A DNA stretch of 63,954 nucleotides, filler included, from Octopus bimaculoides (GCF_001194135.2; 9 parts of 7 records of this genome joined end to end with filler, not necessarily neighbours in it); one strand, 5' to 3'. Shown: positions 1 through 12,959, counted from the first letter of the whole stretch. Numbers and translations are program-made. Notes: generated by a model not told the origin, from the sequence alone.

Positions 1-551
1 ATAACATAATATACTATATTAAATATATTAGAATATATGTGGGCTGGTACGAAGGTACGAATTAAAGCCTAAAGGCAAATTAATAAACAAAGGTACAAAA
101 TAGTACCAGCATTGCTAGATGTAAGAGTAAAAAACGACTCGAAGAGCTAGAAAATCACTAACTCAATGAGTTGACGAAAGAGAAGGAGCGAGAAAGCACC
201 TTACCATGGTGAGATAAACTCACAAATGAAGTTACAGATATATCCATATCATGTGATTTCGAACTCTAATTAATTTAATCTCAGTTCTAGTCATTGGAGT
301 ATGCCGTGCTCATGTTTAAGGAGAACTCGCCTCGTGCAGCTCGTGAGTAAAACCGTGGATAAGCGTGCGCTAATTCACATCAGCAGAAGTGTATAGTATA
401 AATAAAATAATATAATATATTGAATATATTATAATATAGGTGGCCCATTAGCAATTAAAACTTAAAGGCAAATTAATAGACAAGGATACAAAATAGTTCC
501 AGCATTGCTAGAAATAAGAGCCACAAAATACTAACTCGATCAGTTGATGAA

Positions 552-600
<49 letters not shown>

Positions 601-680
601 ACCTCACTGTCGTAAGGTCGATTTTGACTGTCAAAAGTTGTTTTTTACTCTTATTTCTAGCAATGCTGGTACATATACAC
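1..680. repeat. Direct and inverted repeat cluster, possibly Penelope pseudo-LTR remnants
   Basis: ~60-145 is repeated at ~455-540 (AAAGGCAAATTAAT...CCAGCATTGCTAGA). The core GTACCAGCATTGCTAGA..AAGAGTAAAAAAC is also present inverted at ~640-672. (GA)n at 554-596. Confidence 0.5.
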
Positions 681-1449
681 ATATGCTTGTAATCTGCCAG
701 CCACTAAGTTTAGCTGTGGTCTCTAATAGCTAACCTGTGAATTTTCCTGAGAATCGCAGAATTTATTAAATATTATTAAAGATACTTAGACGTCAGTTGT
801 AAATACATAATGGTTGTTGGAGCCTATTGTATCGCAATATAGGGGGCCATTTAATATACATACCACTATACCAACTAACATTTATATTAATTCCTACCTC
901 TTTACCCTCCATTAAAGTGAACTCTATCATCACTTCCTCTACGACAATCACAAGATTCTCCATCTACCATGTGAACAACCTACTTCTTTCTCATCTTTCT
1001 ATCGCCAAACTCAACGCTAAGCTTTTGAGTTTTCAGTATTTCATTTTCAGTATTTTTCGAGAAGATTTCATAATGACTGTAGAGCCCGATAACACTCCAA
1101 AATATTTAAGTTTAGAAGCGCTATATAACTTCTTTCAATAGAAAGGAGAGAACTCTGCATGTAGATAGTTATAAATTCGATTAACTGGATTTGAAGAACC
1201 AAGTAACACATAGTTATTGGCAATAATCAATAAAATCACAAAAAAATATGCTCCAAGTTCCGCCTGTTGGAGGAACATCAATAAAACAGAGAACTCTCGG
1301 ACAAAATTAAGCGCAAGTTCGTTGTAAGGAACAGCGTAATAGCGACATTTGTCATCTCATAAGAATCTCATAAAACGGTAACGAAATTAAAATACCTATT
1401 TTCACCAGTATCACCGAACCCTATTATAAAATCGCATAGGTCCTATCTA

Positions 1450-2330
1450 AAAATTTTAAGACTTCAAAATATCTTCAAAGCAGATCGAAAGATCTCGACA
1501 TATACAAGCCCTTTTAGCGCAGACTTTATTTCTCTGTACACATCGGTCTCTGCTCCACCCTATTAACTTACTCACCGAACATAATATCTCATCTCAAAAT
1601 ATTTTGGCTCACAGATCCAAGTAGCCATGATCTGTCGACTACTTCATGGAAAGCAATCTAACTCAGTTCGATGGGTCTATTTACAAGCATATATCTGCCT
1701 TCCCAGTGTAGCGAAATCTGCCAGGCCTACGGGCCATCACATACGTGTGCTAGATAAGTACAATAAAGTCAACAGCTGTCAATCCTGCGCCTATGTTGCC
1801 ATCCTTATATTAACATCATCGCACAAAATGCCACTAAAATATATAATATATTCATTAATATCGTGTTTTTGAACGTATATAATTTGAAGTGGAGCACCCC
1901 GATACTCTCTGGTTGATCAAAATGAATGGATCAATCTCCATTACCTTTTGCTGAAAAGCAGAATACATGTCCCTATTTGTACATTGTTATTCATCCCTAC
2001 TCATCAGATATAGGTGGCCTATGTTAGGAATGAGATTCTCCAGATACTCAGGAAATGTTGCAAGGAATGGGAATCAAAGACTACCAGCATACACTTACAA
2101 AAACCCCTACTGGAGAATGGCTGCATAGACTCTTACAATATGTTGGAACATTTCCAGACATGCTAACGTATCCCACATATCCGTGGTAACTATAATTTAT
2201 GAAACTGTCATACATTAACGAAAAACATCTGCTGTAATTTACCATTTGATCCGTAGGGAGGGATTGAATATACGACTGTCAGACAACGTACCTTTCCAGA
2301 CGAGGTACCTAACTATATGCGAGCTATATA
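1450..2330 (+). mobile_element. Highly decayed Penelope-like retroelement (RT + GIY-YIG remnant)
   Basis: Frame-shifted remnants occur in the expected order: ADFISLYTSV (~DVxSLYTNV), QFDGSIYKHIS (~FNGxIYxQxxG), AYVAILIL (~RYVDDILI), LQYVG (GIY-YIG), RREGLN (~PxGLN C-terminus). Motifs recognised by eye. Confidence 0.5.
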
Positions 2331-2599
2331 CACATATACACATTGCCCTAACTACCGAATCAATGCTGAAATTACGTCTTCGGTCCAACTAATTATATAA
2401 TATCATTGTAGCAAATCTAAAGCATGCGACATCGGAACTACCATCAATCAAATATGCATACAGGTTAAAGAGAATGTCTACACTAAGGTATTCGTCCATG
2501 TAATCTAGATTCGCTTGAAGCCACAGAACAGAGAATTTGGGAACTTGAGAATAAAGTAAAGAAATTACAACTTACAAGATTATTGATTTACAACATTGG

Positions 2600-2790
2600 C
2601 TCAAGCTCAGTAGTTTAGGGAGAGCGTGTAAGTTGATTACATTGACCCCAGTGTTCAACTAATATTTATTTCATCGACCCTGAAAAGACGAAAGGCAAAA
2701 TCAACCTCTAGGGAATTTGAACACGAATGCGAACCTGGGCGAGATTCCGCTAAGTGTCTTTTCCGCCTGCTAACGGTGCTGCCATGTCAC
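2600..2790 (-). mobile_element. tRNA-derived SINE (family A), diverged copy
   Basis: Reverse complement of the element at 28508-28730 (GATTACATTGACCCCAGTG...GAAAGGCAAAATCAACCTC...GAATTTGAAC). Confidence 0.65.
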
Positions 2791-4220
2791 CGCCCTAAGA
2801 TAAAACGCCATATTGACAGTACTGAGCTACACTCAGTTAATTGGCTACTATAGCAATGCGCTCGGGTAATTGCAACGCACTATAGAACCAAGAAGTCAGC
2901 TCATAACAACATTACCCCGAATTTCTTCTGAGGAAGAGATCCTAACGCCAGGAATATAGAAAGAGATAAAAGTTAAAAGCTTCGACTTGCATTATTTGTT
3001 ATATCAAGTACTATTTTGACATTAAAAAATGTAAAATACATTTATGCTCATAAAAGATAGCTACCTGTACTCATCGATTGGATGTTTGTGTATAAACATT
3101 CATATATACGTGTGTGTATAAACATTCATATGTGTGTGTGTGTGTGCATGTGCATGTGGGTGCATGTGCATGTGTGTGCATATAATCGTATGTACATAAA
3201 TATATAAATATATCTATGCATGTATGTATGAATTATATCTTTGCAAGAAAAGCATATAACGTAAATGACATTTTCAAAAGATTTATATAACGTAGGTGTG
3301 TGATTGGCCAGTTAGTGCAATCGCATTGATTCACTCCGTTTTATGAGTTAAAACAATACCAATAACGATGTCTGAATCTATTTATAAAAAAATATACTAC
3401 TGCACAAATACAAAGGATCTCTCGTCAAAATGCATGATGCTTATTATCAAAGCAAATCGAATATATATGTAGAATTTGGAACCGTTTAACGACCATAACT
3501 ATTTTGCTGAAATGTTCTGGTTTTGCGCCGGCTTTTAAGCGATATAAGACTGCGGGAACGAGAATATATAGCAGTTNNNNNNNNNNNNNNNNNNNNNNNN
3601 NNNNNNNNNNNNNNNNNNNNNNNNNNNNNNNNNNNNNNNNNNNNNNNNNNNNNNNNNNNNNNNNNNNNNNNNNNNNNNNNNNNNNNNNNNNNNNNNNNNN
3701 NNNNNNNNNNNNNNNNNNNNNNNNNNNNNNNNNNNNNNNNNNNNNNNNNNNNNNNNNNNNNNNNNNNNNNNNNNNNNNNNNNNNNNNNNNNNNNNNNNNN
3801 NNNNNNNNNNNNNNNNNNNNNNNNNNNNNNNNNNNNNNNNNNNNNNNNNNNNNNNNNNNNNNNNNNNNNNNNNNNNNNNNNNNNNNNNNNNNNNNNNNNN
3901 NNNNNNNNNNNNNNNNNNNNNNNNNNNNNNNNNNNNNNNNNNNNNNNNNNNNNNNNNNNNNNNNNNNNNNNNNNNNNNNNNNNNNNNNNNNNNNNNNNNN
4001 NNNNNNNNNNNNNNNNNNNNNNNNNNNNNNNNNNNNNNNNNNNNNNNNNNNNNNNNNNNNNNNNNNNNNNNNNNNNNNNNNNNNNNNNNNNNNNNNNNNN
4101 NNNNNNNNNNNNNNNNNNNNNNNNNNNNNNNNNNNNNNNNNNNNNNNNNNNNNNNNNNNNNNNNNNNNNNNNNNNNNNNNNNNNNNNNNNNNNNNNNNNN
4201 NNNNNNNNNNNNNNNNNNNN

Positions 4221-4500
4221 GTGTCAAGAGCAATACATAGGACAAACCAAAAACAGTCTACGTCAAAGGATTGCTCTGCACTAATACCACATCATAATTT
4301 GGAAATACAGAAACATAGCATTCAGCAGACACATCGACATTTCCGCCAATAACAAACAACACAGCTTGAGATTTTTTTCACTTATATTAAGTCAGGGACG
4401 ATGCAACCTGTAGTGAGTGCTTTAGTAAACAATTATTCTTTATCACAATATATAAACCCCTTGCATTTGAAAACTGGAAATATTTTCAGAAAACATTTCA
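4221..4500 (+). mobile_element. Penelope-like GIY-YIG endonuclease 3' fragment
   Basis: Translation directly after the gap, CQEQYIGQTKNSLRQRIALH, matches the CxxxYIGQTxxxLxxRxxxH GIY-YIG motif of PLEs. Confidence 0.7.
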
Positions 4501-5399
4501 TTTAATTTTTCTGCAATTTAATTGATTTTCATACGTTACCAGTTTAATTGGTTCTCATGCTTTACAAGTTGAAAAAGTCGCAAAGACTGAACCGGTTCAT
4601 GATAAAATTATTTTAGCATATTCTACCTTGTCTGATTTTCTTTATATATATATATATATATATAAACAGCTAGTCGCAATGTGACACAATAGACGAGAAA
4701 TTCAATTGTCACTAAGTGTGACTACTTATGTCGAAGCATCTATATTGTTAAAATACACTTAATGCTGTAGGAAGAGCGCAAAATGTATGCAGACAGGATG
4801 ACAGGAGAGGTAACTGCCTCATGACCGACTTGAGTGGTTGTGTGACTGTGTCTGTGTGTATGTATTTGGTATTTACTTTACATATTATGTCGTAGTTGTG
4901 TGTGAAGGTAACAGGTAACATGTGATCGAGTACCACCGTCGGAGACTAAACTGCTTATACCACTGATTTCGGTTAATGAGGATGCTGATTGGACAATCTG
5001 GCATATGTAAAACAAAAGCTGTGAATATGGGTATGAACTTATTAAAGTCAACAGCCATCCTATACTGCGTATAGAAACATGAAACCGCCATTTCTCATGG
5101 ACAGCTGTAGTCCCCACAGTTATCATCGGCAAACTCGAGACTCTGGTGAGGATAACACGATGCTTGTGCTGAAGATGGACATGTTTTCCACAACGGCGCA
5201 GCAAAACAAGTTCAGTCAGTAGGAAATCATGAGAATGAGAATGTATGTATTATGCACCAGATCACTAGGAGTGTGTGATCTCTAGTACTTATTAGGACAT
5301 CGATCTAAAAGTAAAACCCTTGGCACAAGGCGGCCAATGATTTCGGCTACTTATTGGGTGGTGGAGTGGTATCTGTCATCATTGTTTAAAGAGTGGCTG

Positions 5400-7330
5400 G
5401 GTGTAAAACTCCTTTTTTCACTCTGTTGGGGAGGAAAAAGCTAGAAGTATAAGAGGGAATTTCGTATGGATTTGCTGTGAAAGCTCCTGTAGGTACAGGT
5501 CTTGAAGAACCGCCATGTTAAGTTAGAGACAGGTATATGTACATTAGATTTCTCTTGATCAATTACTGCTATGTAATTCTTATTAGTGTGTACGCTCCAA
5601 CTATGAGTTCGTCTGAAATTCAAGGTTTTCCTTGTACATATCTCTGAAAGAATTTTTTTCCGTAAGAGAATTGAAGCTGCTGATGAAATTATCATCCTAG
5701 GTCAGTTTAATGCAAGAGTAAGATGCGACTTTAATTGAACCTCGGTGGAAAACGTAGTGTAGGCAAGGGTAATATTATTGGAATGCTTCTGCTGAAAATA
5801 TATGCCGAAATAGACCTTTGTTTTGAAAATACTGTTTTAACTGAATGATATGTATTAGAACACGTATGCATTTCGGTTGAAAACACTGGCATCCTATTGA
5901 TTATTTTATAACCCGCGGTCGTAGTGTACACAATATATACATTGTTCCTTCGATACATCGTACATAACGCTGAGCTAATCATAAGTTTGCCACAGCATTG
6001 TAATACCAAAGGTAAGATGTAAGGATGTTATACTTCCAGAGGTTTGGTTGTTCGCTGTCTGAAAGATTCTGAGGTCAAAGCACGGCTTGTGAAAAACTTA
6101 GATGTGAAAATGACTGAAAGAATTTTATGGAGTTTATATAATATCTGGGCAGATGCGATTGATTTTGTAAAATAAAAATACCAAGGTTTATTTATTGAAA
6201 TTGAGGTCAACAAACTGCTATTTGCAAAGAAGACAGCATTTTCAACCTTCCTCAAATGTGGCTATTCCGCCAGAGGCAAAAAATTAAAATTTAACATAGA
6301 ATTTAACTATGCGAACTTCATGTTTAGCGACAGCTGCGAAGTACGCGGGTGTCATGATGAAGGGATAAGGTGAATGATAATCAATCTGCCTTCATTTCCA
6401 GCAAAAACACGCTGTGAAACTGTCACTTTTAAGAAGTACATGAACCTTTGTCTAGTCTCATTGATCCTTTACTCACTAAAGAAGGAAAACATTTACGTAT
6501 GACAATTCTTTTTGCTTTTTAAATCGACCATGAGAGGTTGATAAAGCATCCATTGAGTCAATATTATGAGGACTTGAGACTGACATTCGTGCATAAGTTC
6601 CTTCAACTTTAGGACTTCCATCAACAGTGTCTACGTCGTACCTCTGTTGGAAAATTTACGTCAGTGTTGTTCAGGCTCTTGAAAGAATTCACAGAGAGAA
6701 TGGAGGACTACAAAATCCGAAACAACTTCTGTATGTTGAACTGAGAAATGGAAATCATACACCCCATAAAAGTAAAATGAGGTCTAGGTACTACGTAAAA
6801 TATTTTTGAAGAAAGCTAAAATCTTGGAAAAGAAATGGGAGAAATAGCAAACTGACCGGACATAGCTCGAAGTAATCACTAGAAGTTAAATAAGGTTTCT
6901 AAAAAGGGTGCGAACGCATTATTTTCGTGAAATGTGACTGACCAGAGTGATTTGACATCCAATACATGTAAGGGTTTCTATTTCGGCAGAGAAGGAGTTA
7001 AAAGTCATCAAATAATTTATTTGGATTTCGCCCTACACGGCATAACAACATGCTATGAATGTGGCAGTATTTGCCTATCTGCTGGGGGCTTCAAGCGTCC
7101 CATATTTTGCGTGTTCACCAAAAGATTGCTTATGCTGCTATAGACAATCATGTACGTAACATCGAGGTCAAAGTGTATAGGTTCTGATTCAAAAGCCACA
7201 CCTTTGCTGCCAAAATATGAGACCGATTCCGGAGTGCTTCAGTTGATATCTATACTTGAGAACGTTGAACCGGGCCATGATGTTCCTAAGTACATATTTA
7301 TGTGTGATGATCTATGTGTGATTGCGTGCT
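5400..7330 (-). mobile_element. Possible very decayed Penelope-like element
   Basis: Weak minus-strand remnants: SIDIN (~SLDI), YGTLEAPSR*ANT (~MGxxxAPxxAN), KLFDDF (~RYIDDIF), KVYFG (~YIG). Many stops and frameshifts. Confidence 0.3.
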
Positions 7331-7753
7331 CATGTTAACTTACTCTATTGTAGCAATCTAAAAGTATTGTAGAACTCTAAGTAAAGTTTTATTTATATAG
7401 TATCACTTTCATGTATACATATGTATATCCACTACCTTCCCAACTAACTATTACGTGAATGTAGATGAACTGTCTTGTGAATCAAACACACTTGCCAATG
7501 GGAAATGAGATTTCATCAATAGAACTTCGGTTTATTTAATTGGAAATATTGTGTTCATTACAATTGTAATTGGCATAGCATTAATTCTTCATTAAGCTAC
7601 GACAAAGAGTGTATTAAACTCCAAGAGACTGTTGCTATTTTGGTGGGCTATCTCATGACATATTCGACATTATTATTTCAGTTGTTGGCACCATTCAAAT
7701 CTAATTATTTGGTAATGGAATACAATGTGACTTACATATATCTACACACATAT

Positions 7754-7847
7754 GGGTATGTGGGTAGGGGTGGGGTATGTGGGTAGGGGTGGGGTATATG
7801 GGTAGGGGTGGGGTATATGGGTAGGAGTGGGGTATGTGGGTAGGGAG
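7754..7847 (+). repeat. 19-bp G-rich minisatellite (GGGTATGTGGGTAGGGGTG)x~5
   Basis: Directly visible tandem units, followed by a purine-rich low-complexity tract to 8504. Confidence 0.9.
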
Positions 7848-8504
7848 CGGGTGATGGGTGTAAGGAATTGGATGGGGTGGAGTGGGAAGGTAGAGTAGGA
7901 GTTGTTGGGGTGTGGTGGGATGAGCTTATGAGGGGGTGGTGACGATGAAGGGGGAAGTGGAAGGTGGATGTAAGAGAGGGGGACTGTGGGTATGGGAGGG
8001 GAGAGAAAGAGAGGAAGAGAGGAGAGAGGGTAGGTATAAGAGCGGGAAGGTGGATGTGAGAGAGGGGGAAGGTGGGTATGGGGGAGAAAGAGAGGAAGAG
8101 AAAGAGAGTGAGAGAGAGGGAAAGAGAGAAGAGAGTGAGAGAGTAACGGTGAGAGAGTAAGAGAGTAAGAGTGTTGAGAGTAGGAGTGAGAGAGAGTGAG
8201 AGAGAGGGAAAGAGAGTGAGAGAGTAAGGGTGAGAGAGTAAGAGAGTAAGAGTGTAGAGAGTAAGAGTGAGAGACGGAGGAGTACGAGAGAAGAGAGTGA
8301 GAGAGAGTAATAGAGATGAGAGAAAGAGTAGGGGTGAAGAGAAGTGGGAGTGAAGAGAAGTAGGAAGAGAAGTTGGAGTGAAGAGAAGTAGGAGTGAAGA
8401 GAAGTAGGAAGAGAAGTGGGAAGAGAAGTAGGAGTGAAGAGAGGTGAAGAGACGTACAAAGAAGTAGTAGTCGGAGCAGGAGGGGAGGGGGGGAGAGATG
8501 GGTG
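7848..8504 (+). repeat. Polypurine (GA/GAGT/GAAGA) low-complexity tract
   Basis: Almost exclusively G/A, with AGAGTAAG and GAAGAGAAGTAG sub-repeats. Confidence 0.9.
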
Positions 8505-8604
8505 NNNNNNNNNNNNNNNNNNNNNNNNNNNNNNNNNNNNNNNNNNNNTTAATTAATTAANNNNNNNNNNNNNNNNNNNNNNNNNNNNNNNNNNNNNNNN
8601 NNNN
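8505..8604. other. Assembly spacer 44N-TTAATTAATTAA-44N (also at 16250, 26215, 32575, 58314, 59682, 61594, 62816)
   Basis: Identical 100-bp construct at eight positions. TTAATTAATTAA gives stops in all six frames. Confidence 0.97.
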
Positions 8605-8606
8605 AA

Positions 8607-8643
<37 letters not shown>

Positions 8644-8646
<3 letters not shown>

Positions 8647-8775
8647 TCATCATCATTTAGCGTCTGCTTTCCAAGCTGGCATGGGCTAGACAGTTTGACT
8701 GAGACTGGTAAACGGGAGAGCTTCACCAAGTTCCAGTCTGATTTGGTATGATGCCCTTCCTAGAGCCAACAACTT
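8644..8775 (-). mobile_element. RTE-tailed non-autonomous element 3' end
   Basis: Reverse complement of the GGAAGGGCATC...CAAACTGTCTAGCCCATGCCAGCTTGGAAAGCAGACGCTAAA(TGA)n tail. Confidence 0.8.
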
Positions 8776-9419
8776 CAGGAGTACAATAAAAATAAAAAAT
8801 AAAAATATAAAAATATAATGCACATAAACCTACAAAAAGTATATGAAAAACCATATAAATAGTCATAAAAACTCATATATACAAGCATATGCATGTATAC
8901 ATTACCATATACAGATATACATGGATACAAAAACATAACTACGTGAGTACATTTATGTGTACTCAGATGCACATACACAGATGGCTGCACATGCATACCA
9001 AAATAGTCAACAGTCAGTGTTACCATATGTGAGGTGGACAGACACATATATATATATATCCTTTCACATATACATACATACATATATGTATATATAAATA
9101 CTCCCATACATACATGATCCCTGGTATGAACGTTTTTCGTTGCATTTGGAAAGCTGTTTATATGTTAAATCTGTTGGGTATGTGTGTGTCAGTTCTGTAT
9201 GTGGGGGGGCGGTCTATGTGGAAATTATTTTTTGAAGAGTTGTTGATATGTCCCTTCTCCAATTGCTAAATGTCCTTTAAATTTGAAATCTTAATTGTTG
9301 ATATGACATCGTATGCCATAAGTGTCTGTATATTGTGTTTTTTGTCATTTTAGTAATAAAATAAACAGATTAATCAACGGAATATAGTGTCTGCATGTTG
9401 ATGAGTGCCNNNNNNNNNN

Positions 9420-9780
9420 ACGAAAACTGAAAGAAGTTCATCGTATATATGTATATGTATATATATATATATGTGTGTATTTGTGTGTCTGTGTTTGTCC
9501 CCCCAACATCGCTTGACAACTGATGGTGGCGGGTTTACATCCCCATAACTTAGCGGTTTGGCAAAAGAGACCGATAGAATAAGTACTAGGCTTACAAAGA
9601 ATAAGTCCTGGGGTCAATTAGCTCGACTAAAGGCGGTGCTCCAGCATGGCCGCAGNNNNNNNNNNAGTACTAGGCTTACAAAGAATAAGTCCTGGGGTCA
9701 ATTAGCTCGACTAAAGGCGGTGCTCCAGCATGGCCGCAGTCAAATGACTGAAACAAGTAAAAGAGTAAAGAGAGTAAAGA
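9420..9780 (+). mobile_element. SINE (family B) 3' half with internal (TA/TG)n
   Basis: GTTTGTCCCCCCAACATCGCTTGACAAC...GGTGCTCCAGCATGGCCGCAGTCAAATGACTGAAACAAGTAAAAGAG tail; similar tail fragments recur near 29050 and 44535. ~70 bp is duplicated across a 10-N gap. Confidence 0.75.
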
Positions 9781-9883
9781 ATATATATAATATATTATGT
9801 GATTATCAAGAAAAAGATTTTCTCTAATGTATAGACTTCACTTTGAAGTGCTCCAGATATTCAAACCTGAGGCATTAGAATAA

Positions 9884-11790
9884 TGTAAAAGTAAGAATCA
9901 AATTTAGGCAAATCAAATTCACATAAACAGTTATATTTATTCAGCCCTAGACCCAACATGCATGAATTTCTCCAAAAGTATATTCAATACATCGAACATA
10001 TTAAAAATATATAGTTACATAAAAATATTTAGAAAAATCAATACATTAGAAATATACATATAAAAATATATGACTATATAGATATATACATTAAAATGTA
10101 AATACCCATATAGGTCGACTTACAGATTATAAAACGAAGTTGTAAAAAGACTTACATATCTATAAGATGAAAAGTTTCGGTCTTACTAATCCAGTTAATA
10201 ATTCTATGGCCGTTTCTGGGGGTTCGGTTGTCCAGTCATAAAAAAGATATTTACAACTATTTTTGGATATCACCTTCTTCATCAGGGAAAATAAATTTCT
10301 AAAAAGGCTCGAATGTATTGCATTTTTCTAAAGGGAATTACTTACTAAGTGCTTTTATAGAGCTATATGCAAAAGACCAGGGAGTGGAAGTGTTTATGAG
10401 TGGTTGGAGGAAGAGATACAATGCATGATAAGATAAGGTTACTGATGGCTCTATAAGTAGAGGGTAAGAGGCAGGAAGTGTTGTTTTATTTTTCAGAAAA
10501 AGTTTCAATTGATGTGGAGGCTGGTTCTCAACTCTATCCAGAACCATAGTACATGAACGTTTATTAATGAAACCTATGTTTGCAAGAGTAGACAGCATTG
10601 GAGAACTTATTTGATATCGAGGAGTTGTATAGATGGAGAATAATTAATTACTCATTTAAGCATAGCTTGCATTTGCCTATCTTTCTATTATAAGGAAAAG
10701 TTTCATTTATTACTGACCAATGTATATTGTATGTTTTAATAGATGTAAAATTCAGCTTCACACTAATGCACACCCAGGCCCTTGTACAGCACCCCATATT
10801 AGTAAAAAAAATAGCAATAACACAATTCACATAAATGGTAGAACAAAAAGGAAAACCTGTAATTGTCATTTACCTAATGCATGCCTACTTGGAGGTTTGT
10901 GTTTGTGTAAAAATGTAGTTTATAAATGTCATGTAGAAATACCAGGTAAACATCAGACAAAGACCTACATAGGTAGCACCATAGATTTTAAATGATGAGA
11001 TCGAGCTCACTTAAATTCACTAAGATAAAATACAAATTACCGACATCATTAGCCACACACATACATGATCTTAAATCACAAAACATACAATATACACTGT
11101 CTTGGTCCATAATAAATGAAACTCCCCCTTATATTACAAAGATAGGCAAATGCAAGCTATGCTTAAAAGAGTCATTAATTATTCTCCATCTACACAACTC
11201 TTCAATATTAAATAAGTTCTCCAACACTGTCTACTCTTGCAAACATAAGTTTTATTCAACATTTATGCATTATGATTGGGGACAGAGTTGAGAACTAGCC
11301 TCCACACAAATTGAGACCTTCTTCTGAAAAATAAAACAACACTTCCCACCTCTTGACCTCTACTTATAGAGCTATCAGTAGCCTTGTCTTATCATGCATT
11401 GTATCCCCTCCTCCAGCAACTCAAAAACACTTCCAACACTCAGTAAGTAAATCCCATTACATGTGAGCCTTTTTAGAAATTTATTTTCCCTGGTTAAGGT
11501 GATGTCCAAAAATGGATGTAAATATCTTTTTTATGACTGGACAGCAGGATGCCCAGAAACGGCCGTAGGATTATTAACTACATGTGTTTATATATCTATA
11601 TATTTTTAGCTATATATTTATATATATCTCTATATTTTTAACTATATATTTTTATACATCTATATATTTTTAATGTGTTTGATATACTGAATATACTTTT
11701 GGAGAAATTCATGCATAATGGGTCTAGGGTTGAATAAATATAAATGCAAATGTGAATTTGATTTGCCTAAATTTGATTCTTACTTCTATA
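9884..11790 (+). mobile_element. 5'-truncated Penelope-like element with inverted pseudo-LTRs
   Basis: GIY-YIG ORF 10720-11291 with one frameshift: CNCHLPNACLLGGLCLCKNVVYKCHV...KTYIGST...CKLCLKE...LNK. Arm 9884-10737 is the reverse complement of 11080-11790. Confidence 0.85.
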
Positions 11791-12086
11791 TATATATATG
11801 GACATATATTTATTATAATGGAATAATTACTGTGAAGCATTGTGTAGAATATATTGTATAAAAGATTGTGGGTAAGGCCAAAGCAATGCAAAGTAAATGC
11901 GAGGTAAATCACAAGAAAACAAATATGTGAATTAATGTAGATTTACCTTGTATTCAATATTTCAGGGTTATGATCCCATTTTTAAAAAAATGACGAATGT
12001 TGCATCAGCAATTCAGTTTGGAAATCAGACTTATGATATAGCAATCATGAAGGGAACACCCTAACCACTAAGCCATGTGCCTTCAC

Positions 12087-12133
<47 letters not shown>

Positions 12134-12914
12134 GTGACGTATACACACACACATTGATATATATATATAAACTATCATGTCTATAAAGTATTAATTTGTT
12201 AGTCTAATGATAAATAATAAACATATTCCGTTATGTTTGTATAATGTTTCAATGAAGAAATGTTGTTCATTTTGAACTTGTACAAGTTCAAAATGAATTT
12301 GTCTTTTTATTTCCAGGAATGTGACAGTGAGATGTGTCATTTCTCTACCAGGCCTTCTTTCAGCTGAGCATTCAGCCTTGAAGGGTGAAGGATAAAAAGC
12401 CTAAATATTAGACATTATGAATACCTGCACAAGACAGAGAAATAGACCAAAAATCAGACAGACAGAACTCGAATATTTATTACTTCTTCTGCTTCTGTGT
12501 TAGCAATTACACAACAGAGCACCTACACCCCAACTCCATCTCAAATTGACTACTTACTATAAATGAAATTACTTTTCTGCTATTTTAACCAGTATTTTAT
12601 TATCATTTATAGTATCTAATCTGCAAATACAGAAATAGCTTGTGCTCTTTAGTCTAAGATAAGCATTTGGTAAGTATTATATATGTGATTTGAGGGATCC
12701 TGGTAGTGAATCTTTCACTGTTTCTTTTTTCTAAAAATCAAACATCATTTAACATCCACTTTTTCATGCTTGCATTAGTTAGACAAAAATTGTCAATGTG
12801 TTTTCAAGCAAGGTAATATTTCTTCATGGAAGACAGGTAACATCACTTGTATGAGGATGATGCTTGTTTACTACCATCACATGATGTCAAGGAAGGATAC
12901 ACACAAACATGCAT

Positions 12915-12949
<35 letters not shown>

Positions 12950-12959
12950 TACATACATA

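Noticed and set aside
3504-4352. Long ORFs in the track spanning N-runs (also 14444-15556, 17221-17742, 21446-22360, 27884-28529)
   Set aside because: They are open only because N codons contain no stops.
8549-8560. Recurrent TTAATTAATTAA motif between N-runs (8 copies), superficially a regularly spaced repeat
   Set aside because: Always centred in exactly 44N+12+44N, so it is an artificial contig spacer. Adjacency across these spacers is uncertain.
9586-9735. Exact ~70-bp duplication across a 10-N gap (similarly 18028-18098)
   Set aside because: Typical unmerged contig overlap.
11966-12384. Exon-like segments after strong acceptors (11966-12064 GYDPIFKK...; 12317-12384 NVTVRCVISLPGLL...)
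   Set aside because: No recognisable protein, the first ends in a stop, and they cannot be chained in frame. RNA-seq is needed.
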